This document shows positions 13,686 through 24,984 of a stretch of 64,000 nt of DNA, piece after piece. Position 1 is the stretch's first letter. Each line of letters opens with the position of its first letter. Source of the DNA: Octopus vulgaris (lineage: Eukaryota). The notes beneath the pieces were generated by a model that saw nothing but the letters and a program-made list of their open reading frames with translations, was not told the origin of the DNA and ran no database searches. Location of the stretch: contig OX597819.1 in NCBI GenBank assembly GCA_951406725.2, positions 80,848,001-80,912,000 of the forward strand, given 5' to 3'. A program made the position numbers and the translations under genes.

Positions 13686-13690
<5 letters not shown>
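13423..13690 (+). mobile_element. Short TA-inserted repeat family (inverted copy 15400-15670; diverged copy 55898-56148)
   Basis: Shared ccttcgaaa..tagatgaaac..gcga(c/t)tgaagaagggga and catgtagaggtagg motifs. Confidence 0.75.
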
Positions 13691-13727
<37 letters not shown>

Positions 13728-13949
13728 TCAATATAGGGTGGCAAAAAAAAATTTGTAGAATTCTTTTGCCACCAGCGGCCTAGTGGGAAAAAATTAAATA
13801 GTCATAGACCATTTTTAAGTTCAACATCAACAATCAAGGAACGGCCATAATAGGCCATTCACCCACTAGAAATAACAGCCAAAGCTTCAACCGCAAATAA
13901 AAATTAATTCCGTAAACCAGGAGAAAATTTAAAAATCATTTACCCTGTA

Positions 13950-14056
13950 ATTTCTTATACGATATACCGTTTCATCTGCTGATTAATGGTAAACTAACCT
14001 GATTAAATTAAATCAAGCCAATCTTCCAAAGGCCCTCAGATTCTTCAGTAAGAAAT
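13950..14056 (-). ncRNA. Type I hammerhead ribozyme, extended stem II (copy 1)
   Basis: auuucuua-CUGAAGA-aucug[insert]cagau-GAAA-cgg uaua ucg-UA-uaagaaau. Confidence 0.88.
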
Positions 14057-14441
14057 AGCCCAAGTCGGAACAGATATTTTCACGAGGCATTTCCGACCTT
14101 GCCAAGGTTATATCTGACCTAAAATTTTCAAATCGTCGCACTCGCGCCAAATTTATCGGCAGCAAATAAATATAAGCCGTCGATTCCATTACGGAATTAA
14201 CCAGAAAATTCATAATTAATCAATATAGGGTGGCAAAAAAAATTTTGTAGAATTCTTTTGCCACCAGCGGCCTAGTGGGAAAAAATTAAATAGTCATAGA
14301 CCATTTTTAAGTTCAACATCAACAATCAAGGAACGGCCATAATAGGCCATTCACCCACTAGAAATAACAGCCAAAGCTTCAACCGCAAATAAAAATTAAT
14401 CCCGTAAACCAGGAGAAAATTTAAAAAACATTTACCCTGTA

Positions 14442-14548
14442 ATTTCTTATACGATATACCGTTTCATCTGCTGATTAATGGTAAACTAACCTGATTAAAT
14501 TAAATCAAGCCAATCTTCCAAAGGCCCTCAGATTCTTCAGTAAGAAAT
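14442..14548 (-). ncRNA. Type I hammerhead ribozyme (copy 2)
   Basis: Same motif, 492 bp from copy 1. Confidence 0.88.
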
Positions 14549-15031
14549 AGCCCAAGTCGGAACAGATATTTTCACGAGGCATTTCCGACCTTGCCAAGGT
14601 TATATCTGACCTAAAATTTTCAAATCGTCGCACTCGCGCCAAATTTACAGGGTAAATGTTTTTTAAATTTTCTCCTGGTTTACGGAATTAATTTTTATTT
14701 GCGGTTGAAGCTTTGGCTGTTATTTCTAGTGGGTGAATGGCCTATTATGGCCGTTCCTTGATTGTTGATGTTGAACTTAAAAATGGTCTATGACTATTTA
14801 ATTTTTTCCCACTAGGCCGCTGGTGGCAAAAGAATTCTACAAAATTTTTTTTTGCCACCCTATATTGATTAATTATGAATTTTCTGGTTAATTCCGTAAT
14901 GGAATCGACGGCTTATATTTATTTGCTGCCGATAAATTTGGCGCGAGTGCGACGATTTGAAAATTTTAGGTCAGATATAACCTTGGCAAGGTCGGAAATG
15001 CCTCGTGAAAATATCTGTTCCGACTTGGGCT

Positions 15032-15138
15032 ATTTCTTACTGAAGAATCTGAGGGCCTTTGGAAGATTGGCTTGATTTAATTTAATCAGGTTAGTTTACC
15101 ATTAATCAGCAGATGAAACGGTATATCGTATAAGAAAT
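15032..15138 (+). ncRNA. Type I hammerhead ribozyme (copy 3)
   Basis: Stem I 15032-39/15131-38, CTGAAGA 15040-46, stem II 15047-51/15110-14, GAAA 15115-18, GUA site 15128-30. Confidence 0.88.
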
Positions 15139-15360
15139 TACAGGGTAAATGATTTTTAAATTTTCTCCTGGTTTACGGAATTAATTTTTATTTGCGGTTG
15201 AAGCTTTGGCTGTTATTTCTAGTGGGTGAATGGCCTATTATGGCCGTTCCTTGATTGTTGATGTTGAACTTAAAAATGGTCTATGACTATTTAATTTTTT
15301 CCCACTAGTCCGCTGGTGGCAAAAGAATTCTACAAAATTTTTTTTGCCACCCTATATTGA

Positions 15361-15402
<42 letters not shown>

Positions 15403-15668
15403 TAATAAATAAATAAAACATATGCATATATACATACATATATATACCTACCTACCTCTACATGTATATATACATGCATATATGGGTATAGGACACCAAA
15501 AAAAAAAAAAAACGTCGAGCACAATGAGAAACGAAAACATATACACAAAACCAAGGAAATGGACATTTTTCTTAAACAACGAAAAAATAGAGTACAGGAC
15601 ATACAAAACAAGGAAAATTCCCCTTCTTCAATCGCTTTTGTTTCATCTATTCCACGTTTCGAAGGTCA

Positions 15669-15699
<31 letters not shown>

Positions 15700-15724
15700 A
15701 ATGTGTGTGTGTATTATATATATA

Positions 15725-16253
15725 CACTGGGAATACAGAAGGTGATATAGTTGAGAGGAGGAGTAAAACCTGGGTGGCATGACACAGTTTGAGATCTGTA
15801 TAGAAAGCAGGCCTTCGTAAATACCTGAAGATCCCTCTCATCGTTGCTGCAGTGGAGGCTATTCTGTTGTACGATCTGAGACTTGGACACTGACCAAGAA
15901 ACTCACTCAGATGGTGGATGGGTACTACACGAAAATGTTGAGGATACATCAGTATACACGGACGATGAGGTACTCAGAGCTGTACGAGAGCTTCCCATTA
16001 GTTAACTCGAAAAATAACACTGAGGAAACTGAGGTTAGCTGAACATGCTCACCGTCATTCAGAGTTGATACTCTACTCAGTGCTCATGTGGGAGCCCCTA
16101 CACAGACACATAAGAAGAGGGAGACCGAGGATGACATATGTTGATGCCCTAAAAACAGACACTGGTCTCTGTGAGACACAAGATATGGCAGCGATGATGG
16201 GGAACAAATACCGCTGGAGAGAGCTCATCCATGGATCACGGGAATTTTACCCA

Positions 16254-16255
<2 letters not shown>
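15725..16255 (+). mobile_element. RTE-clade LINE 3' fragment
   Basis: VLMWEP..RRGRPRMTYVDAL..RWREL. Confidence 0.8.
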
Positions 16256-16297
<42 letters not shown>

Positions 16298-16302
16298 TCG
16301 TA

Positions 16303-17547
16303 CAGGATATCTCCAAAAATGTACACACATTTTAGATAATTGAAAAGTTGGTGTTTATTAAAATACATTTCATTTTCAAAATTTAATAGGATCCGCAGAC
16401 ATTATTTATTGTTTTGTCAGTGCCTGCTTTCACACTGACGTCTGTTCTGGTCCAGGTACTGCTGACAATGCAAAGCAATGGAATCACAAACATCACGAAG
16501 CAATACACTTGGTATTTGCGTGCATTATCGTTCGATGGCTGCCTGTAAATCAGTGACTGTTGCGGGTTTCATATCGTAGACTTTGTCTTTTAAGTATGCT
16601 CATAAAAAAAAAGACGTCTAGTGCTTTGAGGTCGGGTGATCACGGAGTGTAGTCAACGAAACCCCTTCGTCCAATCCACCTGTTTGGCAAGACCTCATCA
16701 AGGAAGGGTCTAACATCGCTATGGAAGTGTAGGGCTACTCCGTCTTGCTGAAAATAAAACTCTTCGTCTTCAAAGTCTTCTCTAATGCTTGGCATGACAG
16801 ACTGTTGCAGCAATTTCAAGTAAACGGATTCAAGTAGTGTCAAAAAAGAATGGTCCGGTTAATCCTCTGGATGATAAGCCTCACTGCACTTAACTCCTGG
16901 TAAATTAACAATGTGTCCGGCGTAATAAGCGGGCTCTCATGTCCCCGTTAGGTGTAATTGTGGCGATTTACTGAATCATTTATTTAGAATGTGACCTGAT
17001 TACTCCATACAATCTTTGTTAGAAAGCGTGCATCTTCTACACATTCTTCCAATTACCACTCGCTTTACTGCACACTTCGGTCTGTATCATCTCATTAATA
17101 GCATGGACAAATTTCCATTGACAACACTTCAAAATGTGTTGGACAGTCGATTCCGAAATACCTACCTCACGACTCGCTTGCGGCACATGTTTACTTGGAC
17201 ATTGGTGATATGTTTGTAGCACACATTCTTAATTTGTTGGGTTGTCGATGTTCGTGGTCTTCGTGAACACTTCTCGTGGACATTCTGAACTGTTCTATCG
17301 GCTTAAAACTTATCTCTAACTCGACTGATGGTAAGTCGCGTTGGTGGATCTGTTTGAAACTCCCTCCTAAACTGTCTTTGCAGTTCAACTGCGTTTTCAC
17401 GCTTCCAGTAGCATTTTAGAATGAATTTCCTTTGTTCAAAGCTTAGTCTGACTGCCATCATTAATTGCATTGGGTTTCATCTCGAAAGAGAAATATCAAT
17501 TGAGTTATCAGTTGCTAAAGTGTGTATACATTTTCTGGGACACCCTG
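16303..17547 (-). mobile_element. Degenerate full-length Tc1/mariner (maT/DD37D-like) transposon
   Basis: TA-flanked TIRs; [22 protein letters not shown]; same family as 12049-12500. Confidence 0.88.
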
Positions 17548-17559
17548 TATATATATGTA

Positions 17560-17629
<70 letters not shown>

Positions 17630-17630
<1 letters not shown>

Positions 17631-17844
17631 TCTATTGAATGTATGTAACAATTATGAACTGTTCCATTATACTTTTTATGTATATAGCATGGACTCTATT
17701 GAATGTATGAAACAATTATGAACTATTTCATTATACTCTTTATTATAAAAAAAATTCTTTTTGATAAGGTTCGTTATTTCAAGAACCGAAACATGTAAAA
17801 ATTAAAATTTATCTAATATAGTGGCATTTTCAAACTTCTTTTTT

Positions 17845-17850
<6 letters not shown>
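17630..17850 (+). mobile_element. Short non-coding HHR element between TA tracts
   Basis: Internal ~43-bp direct repeat followed by an HHR motif. Confidence 0.65.
17758..17800 (+). ncRNA. Minimal hammerhead motif, U3-A8 variant
   Basis: uuu-UUGAUAA-gguuc guuauuucaa gaacc-GAAA-caug-UA-aaa; palindromic stem III ACAUGU; weak stem I. Confidence 0.7.
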
Positions 17851-17896
<46 letters not shown>

Positions 17897-17932
17897 ATAT
17901 ATATACGTACACACACACAGACATATATATAT

Positions 17933-18400
17933 CATGAAATTAAGACGAAGTATCCGGTAGAGAACATTATGAAGCCAGAGAAGTTTATGAATGTAGGCGG
18001 AAGCTACTAGAGATGTTTGAAGACTTCCTGTAGCTGGGAACAAGAATTGGGTATACAGAGGAGGATATAGCTGAGACGAAAAGCAAAGCATGGGTGGCAT
18101 GACACATTTTGAGATCTGTATGCAAGTCAGACCTTCGTAAAGACCTGAAGATCCGTCTCATCGTTGCTGCAGTGGAGGCTATTCCGTTGTACGGGTTTGA
18201 GACTTGGACACTGATCAAGAAACTCACTCAACACTAGAATGTTGAGGATGGCTCTGAACATTAATCAGTATACACGGAGGATGAGGTACTCAGAGCTGTA
18301 CGATAGCCTTCAAATAGTTAACTCGAAAATAACACTGAGAAGACTGAGGTTAGCCGGACATGCTCACCGTCATTCAGAGTTGATACTCTACTCAGTGCTC
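17933..18400 (+). mobile_element. RTE-clade LINE fragment (second local copy)
   Basis: LRRLRLAGHAHRH; homologous to 15725-16085. Confidence 0.8.
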
Positions 18401-18448
18401 ACGGGAATTGAGTTATCAGCTGCTAAAGTGTGTATATATATATATCTA

Positions 18449-19105
18449 ATGAAATTAAGACGAAGTATCCGGTAGAGAACATTAAGAAGCCAGTGGAGAT
18501 TATGAATGTATGCGGGAAGCCACTAGAAATAGTTGAAGACTTCCTGCATTTGAGAGCAAGGATTGGGAGTACAGAGGTTGATATAGTTGAGAGGAAGAAC
18601 AAAACCTGGGCGGCATGACACACTTTGAGATCTGTATGGAAGTCAGATCTTCGTAAAGGCCTGAAGATTCGTCTCATCGTTGCTGCAGTGGAGGCTGTTC
18701 TGTGGTACGTGTCTCAGATTTGGACACTCACCAAGAAAATCACTCAGGTGGTGTATGGGTCTCTATATGAGAATGCTTAAGGATGGCTCTGAATATTAAT
18801 CAGTATATACTGAGGATGAAGAACTCAGGTCTGTACGATAGCCTCCCAATAGTTAACTCGAAAATGACACAGAGGTGACTGAGGTTAGCTGGACATGCTC
18901 ACTGTCATTCGGGGTTGACACTGCACTCAATTTCGTGTGGGAGCCCCTACACAGACACAAAAAAAGAGGGAGACCGAGCATGACATATGTTGATACCCTA
19001 AAGACAGACACTGGTTTCTGGAAGACACAGGACATGGCAGCTATGATGGGGGACAAAGACGACTGGAGAGAACTCGTCAATGGATCTCGGGTATTCTACC
19101 CACCC
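18449..19105 (+). mobile_element. RTE-clade LINE fragment (third local copy)
   Basis: PLEIVEDFLHL; WEP..RGRPSMTYVDTL..DWREL. Confidence 0.8.
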
Positions 19106-19113
19106 TGTATATG

Positions 19114-19145
<32 letters not shown>

Positions 19146-19226
19146 CATCATTATCGTCAGTGTATCATATATCTGAAAAAGATGCACACTCTAAAAGTTA
19201 GTTTAGTGATGTTAGTGCAGTATTTA

Positions 19227-19447
19227 CATGGAGCTAAATATATGTCCGGTCATAGAGTGACCAATGTTTTCTCATCCATAAAGTTCTTAGCTTTATAGAC
19301 AACTCGTCAAACTCCACGAGCACAAAAGCTCAGACTCATATAACCCATACCCGTGACCACTGGAGTCGGACGATCGTCTATAAATCTAAGTAATTTACGG
19401 ATGCAAAACCACTGGTCACTATGACCAGGCAAATATTTAACTTCATG
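19227..19447. mobile_element. TA-flanked foldback MITE
   Basis: Imperfect ~90-bp inverted arms, catggagctaaata.../...tatttaacttcatg, with TA on both sides. Confidence 0.65.
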
Positions 19448-19481
19448 TATATATATATATATATATTCATACATACACACA

Positions 19482-19797
<316 letters not shown>

Positions 19798-19865
19798 ATA
19801 TGTATGTGTGTATGTGTGTGTTTGGAATCGATATTTAAATATCTAATATAATATTATATATATAT

Positions 19866-21210
19866 ATATTATATTAAATTAGAGATAAAACCACTATTAG
19901 GCACATCAAACAATGAAAAACATAAGCCAATACATAAAATTAATTAATTTATATTATTTTAAATATATCAAAAGTATTAAAAGTTTAATAAAAGATAAAG
20001 AGTAAAACACTACGATCGTTTCATGGCTGTACAATTCGTAATAATTCGAGTTATGGTTACAGTCAATCTTCAGGTAATTGAAATATCTAAAATATAATCA
20101 GAAATATTGAAACAATATTTTTAAGATATAAATAATATAATAATTTTATTTATAATAAACTCTATTATCAAATTAGAAACATAAAACTTAACAATTATGA
20201 TTATATCAAAATCGACTATAATGTTAAATATTAGTTTTAATTTATAAGGTAGGAAACCCACCAATAATCTAATATCGGTATTAGTCTATATCTAATAACA
20301 TAAATATTTAAAAATGACTAATATATATAAATTATCAATGAAAATATATAAATGAATATAAATATTATAATTAAGATCTAAAATAATCTCTATAAATAAA
20401 TATATATGCACATATAATAAAAACCTAATAAATTTAATTTTTCATATTTAAAGATGAAATAGCTAATTTCAAAATACAAATAAACAAACTTAAACGAACT
20501 TTCGGAAATCTTATGTAAAATACTTATAGAAATAATCAATTCGTAGTAATATAGTATCAAATAAATACTATAAATACTATAAATATAATTATCAATGGGA
20601 ATAACTAGCGAATATCAATTTAAAGAAATAACTAAGTTATACTATTAAATTAGACATGGCCTGGACCAATCTTTAGTCGAAACATATCTAAGTTTATCAA
20701 AGTTTATCTAATTTAATTATAAATTTAAAACTACAATTAATACTATTAAAACATGTATATACAAAAGCCTAACTTAATAACCTCTTATGCTTGCTATCAA
20801 ATAACAAATCTATCGCTAAGTAGTATCTTACGAATAAACTTAAATTTAATATCTAATAATATAGAAAATTACGATAATTAGATCATTACATAAACAACGA
20901 TATTTACATAAGGAAAATATTATTACTCCAAAGACTTATACAATATTAAAATTTACAATTTGAAGATCTTAAATAAATACATACTTATCTTACTTATCTT
21001 TACTCTTTATCTTTTATTAAACTTTTAATACTTTTGATATATATTTAAAATAATATGAATTAATTAATTTTATGTATTGGCTTATGTTTTTCATTGTTTG
21101 ATTTGTCTAATAGTGGTTTTATCTCTAATTTAATATAATATAATATTTTACTATAAAATTGGATTTAATCCTAAATCTGATTTTTCCCTGTAAGTTTGGA
21201 TTCATTCCCT

Positions 21211-21215
<5 letters not shown>
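19866..21215. mobile_element. AT-rich non-coding HHR element with inverted termini (19866-20006 vs 20999-21141)
   Basis: ~140-bp inverted arms, TA-tract flanks and an HHR at 20008-20076. Confidence 0.75.
20008..20076 (-). ncRNA. Type I hammerhead motif
   Basis: uac-CUGAAGA-uugacugua[loop]uacagccau-GAAA-cgaucg-UA-gug; palindromic stem III ACGAUCGU. Confidence 0.72.
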
Positions 21216-21261
<46 letters not shown>

Positions 21262-22406
21262 AAAGATGAAAATAAACGCCGAGGCTTAACAAGTAACTGA
21301 AGTCATATGCATTAGTTTATATTCTTAAATTAGATTAAACTAATTTAAGAATAATACAAATTATTAAATAAGCAAATTGAGTTAAACAATATTTATAAAA
21401 AAAATAAAATAATGATTTTTCTAATAGAAGAAACTCCATTAGCTAAATTTGAAACTTAAAACATTAGGACTAGTTGCCTACAATACATTTATTATGTTAA
21501 ATATTTAAAGTAAAAAAATAGAGTAAATAGATAGAAAAATGTATTTATCTGTGAAGATATAATGTAGTTTAATAAAAACATTAATAAACTTTAGAATATC
21601 TTTAACCTAGTTATACTCTAATATTTAATTACAAAATTATTTTACAAAACAATCACTCTTAATATTTTTAGATTTTAATTCACATATAATAATTATAAAA
21701 TAATAAATATATAAAAATTAAGTATCTAAATTATAATCAACAAATATAGTAATTAAAAATCCATATTTTTTCCATCAATAAACATATAAACAATAAATAA
21801 ATTAGTCCATTATTACTTATGTAAATATTATAGATATCTTTCGAAAATATTTATGAAATAAAAAGTAAGAAAGGAAAAATTCCAAAGTAACAATGTATAA
21901 CTTATCGGTTATAAAATACTTATAAAATACTTATTATTACTATTATTATTAAATGTAATAATACTAGAAATATAATAAAATTAGAAATATAATAAGAACT
22001 ATTAGTTTACGATCTAAATCACAAAGTAACTAACTAATATTTTAAAATTTACGTTCAGATATAATAATTAAATAAATGTACATATCTAAATTATCATTAA
22101 CAAATAAAAAATTAGAAATTCATATTTAACAATCAATACTTATATAGAGTACAATAATATTTCCTAAATAAAAATGTCTAAAATTTAAAAACGAAAGACT
22201 TCTTACTCAGCGTTTATAAAATACTCGTGAAATACGTTACTTAAAGAACAAGAATAAACGGATGGAAATATACGTTTTATCAATGGAAACTACAAATATA
22301 TTTTAGCTTTAACAGAAAAAGAGAATAAAATCACTATACAGTAGAATATCATTCACTAGAAAACTAAAATTTAGAATTAACTACGATAAAATATACTCAA
22401 ATCTCA

Positions 22407-22475
<69 letters not shown>

Positions 22476-22476
<1 letters not shown>

Positions 22477-23400
22477 CTATAAAAGGCAGGATGTTTTTGT
22501 GTGTGTGTGTACGTGAATATAATTTATGCACGTCCACAAATAGCACGCATGTCGCTCCAATGTTTGGAGGGCATTGGTCACGACCCTAGCAGGGTTTAAT
22601 GACACTTTCATCCCGAGGCACCCGCGTTAGCGGTAAAAATCGATTTTCAACCATAACTTTTATCAATTTTGAAATTTGCTAACATGAGTTAAGTCCCCTT
22701 CTTATCATAGCGAAGTGGTAGTGTGTGTGTGAGGGAGAAAGGGAAACTGTGTGTTGATGTATGTGTGTGTATGTGTGAGGGAGAGAGAGTAAGTGACAGC
22801 GTTCATCAAAAATAAAAATGTAAAATGTTTTTTTTTTTAAACACGATATGTAATCTTCAAATTTAGGATGTTTTTGAAAGGCAATATATTTTATTATCAG
22901 ATTATATATAGTTTCTCACAAAACAATTAGAAACTATATTTATTTTAAATCACTTATTTATTTTAAATTGGTCATCTCCCCCCTCTTTCACACCCACATT
23001 AATTTGGGCGCGAAAGAGTTTTGTTTTTATTTTACGCCGAGGAAAAAGTGTTTTGTTGAGAATCCATTTCTTTAACAACAATGAAATAAAGAGGTAGATA
23101 ACAATTTGTCAGTGAATTACACAATATAAATATCACATTTTCTACTATATATAGAAAATGCAAGATGTTGTGTGTGTGTACGTGAATGTACATTATGCAC
23201 GTCCACAAATTAGCACGCATGTCGCTCCAATTTTAGTAAGACATTGGTCATGACCATGGCTGTGTTTTTGTCAACTTATTTTCCCCGTAACATCCGTGGA
23301 TAGCGGTAAAAATCGATTTTCAACCATAACTTTTACCAATTTCCACGTCGGTGAAATCCGTAAGTTTGCTAACATGAGTTAAGTCTCCTGTCTAGCAATG
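22476..23400 (+). mobile_element. Two diverged copies of a Helitron-like 5' end (22476-22700, 23141-23390)
   Basis: Both start TCTA..TATA..(GT)n and share gcacgtccacaaa..agcacgcatgtcgctccaa; no clear 3' hairpin-CTAG identified. Confidence 0.45.
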
Positions 23401-23860
23401 GCAGAAAAGAAAAACTAAGGATAAAGTTTTAGATTAACACCCGCACGATTTTCACTAAGAAAAGTAACTCAGATTTTTTGAGTGGAATCAAGTACCCTGA
23501 CCTCCTAATATACTGCAAATCCCTTATTTTGGTTCGGCGAGGGGGATCTTCTCCATCGTAGAATCATTGGAATTTTTTTTGTTGAATGAATTCCTGTGAC
23601 CTCCTAATATACTACAAAACCCTTTTTGGGGTCCGAAAAATGGGATGGGGTAAGGTGAAAGCCTCAGTAATTTTACCCACTCCCAACATTTTACAACATT
23701 TTTCAATATATATATATTGAAAGAAGGGAAAATATAGGAGATTTTGTTTTTGAAAATGCGCCTGAATTTGAAATAGCTTGTAATCGTTTTTAAATGAATT
23801 TATTTACATACATAAGAAATTAGTTTCAATAATTTTCTGTTTATCAATGGTATAAACGTA

Positions 23861-24048
23861 GGATCTTTTCAATATCGTGGCCAGGACCGCAGATCTTTCT
23901 AGTTAACTAAATAATTTGAAACTTCGTGTACTCGTTCTGGTTTACAATTAAGTTTACTTTTGACACATTCTACCAGTATACGAAGTTTCAAATTGTTTGG
24001 TTCAGTAGGAAAAATTTGGAAAAACTGGCTTCACAAATGAAAAGATCA
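23861..24048. mobile_element. Deleted MITE related to 44712-45828
   Basis: ggatcttttca...tgaaaagatc termini and shared internal gaaacttcgtgtact/ccagtatacgaagtttc. Confidence 0.65.
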
Positions 24049-24599
24049 ATGGGATTTAAAGAACTTTAAATTGCAAAGTAGAAAACACGTTTAAATGATT
24101 AAATGACTTTTCGTTTTTAATGGAATGTTTTGGAATTAGTGACTTTATGTTTTTCTGAGAACGGATCTAATTTCTGATTCGTTATTATTCTGATGACGTC
24201 TTATTCTTTCTGGTAGTCAAGATTGGCGTTGTCTCCTTCACTTCTCTGTGGGGGATGGCCACCAACCGTTCCGGTTGCTCGATCTCTTAAAGGGTCAAGT
24301 TTTTTTTTTCCTGAGGGTCCGGTTCTGATCGGAGGTAAAATTTCAGTGGTCTAGAGGTAGGTGACGTCAGCAACTGGTGTTTGAGATACGTTTATATTAT
24401 TGTATAAACAAAAGATTGTTGAAACTAGCTTTAACAATTTTTTGAAACTTGTTTGAAACTAGTTTGGTATGTATGTAAATAAATTTATTTTCTTTGTTGT
24501 TGGACATAAGATAAAATAAGAACAGAAATAAACGAATATATAGTGCGTGTGTTTATTTGGCAAAAAAAAAAAGACCATCCGGAAATATAACAATATATA

Positions 24600-24930
24600 T
24601 GTGGCTGTATGGTAAGTAGCTTGCTTACCAACCACATGGTTCCAGGTTCAGTCCCACTGCGTGGAACCTTGAGCAAAGCCTTGTGAGTGGATTTGGTAGA
24701 CGGAAACTGAAAGAAGTCCGTCGGATGTATATATATAAGTTCAGTAAAAATTTAGATTCAGTTGAATATGGTACTTAAGTTAAAGGTACCAGAATTTGTT
24801 ATGGTATTATCCATATAATTCAAAATAGGATGATTCAAAATGTTGCTTATTTTGATTATATATATATGTTTGTACCCACCCCATCGCTTGACAACCGATG
24901 TTGGTGTGTTTACGTCCCCGTAAGTTAGCT
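24600..24930 (+). mobile_element. SINE family A
   Basis: Similarity to the other family A copies. Confidence 0.8.
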
Positions 24931-24984
24931 GTTCCTCCGTTAGGGTATATTTAATGTATGTTGGTCAACACATTTCTATAAATA

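Larger units (their letters stand above)
13721..15367. mobile_element. 492-bp HHR-containing tandem repeat (retrozyme / PLE pLTR-like): ~1.9 units on the minus strand then ~1.5 units on the plus strand
   Basis: Unit starts at 13721 and 14213; inversion at ~14646/14647; extra fragment at 13108-13211; flanked by (TA)n. Confidence 0.88.
13211..15881. repeat. ~2.7-kb inverted duplication centred on the HHR tandem repeat
   Basis: 13211-13720 is the reverse complement of ~15368-15881; the inner arms are the 492-bp units. Confidence 0.93.

Noticed and set aside
14013-14213. 66-aa ORF in the 492-bp unit as a real protein
   Set aside because: No recognisable domain, and its recurrence is explained by the repeat; codon-level conservation cannot be assessed from identical copies.
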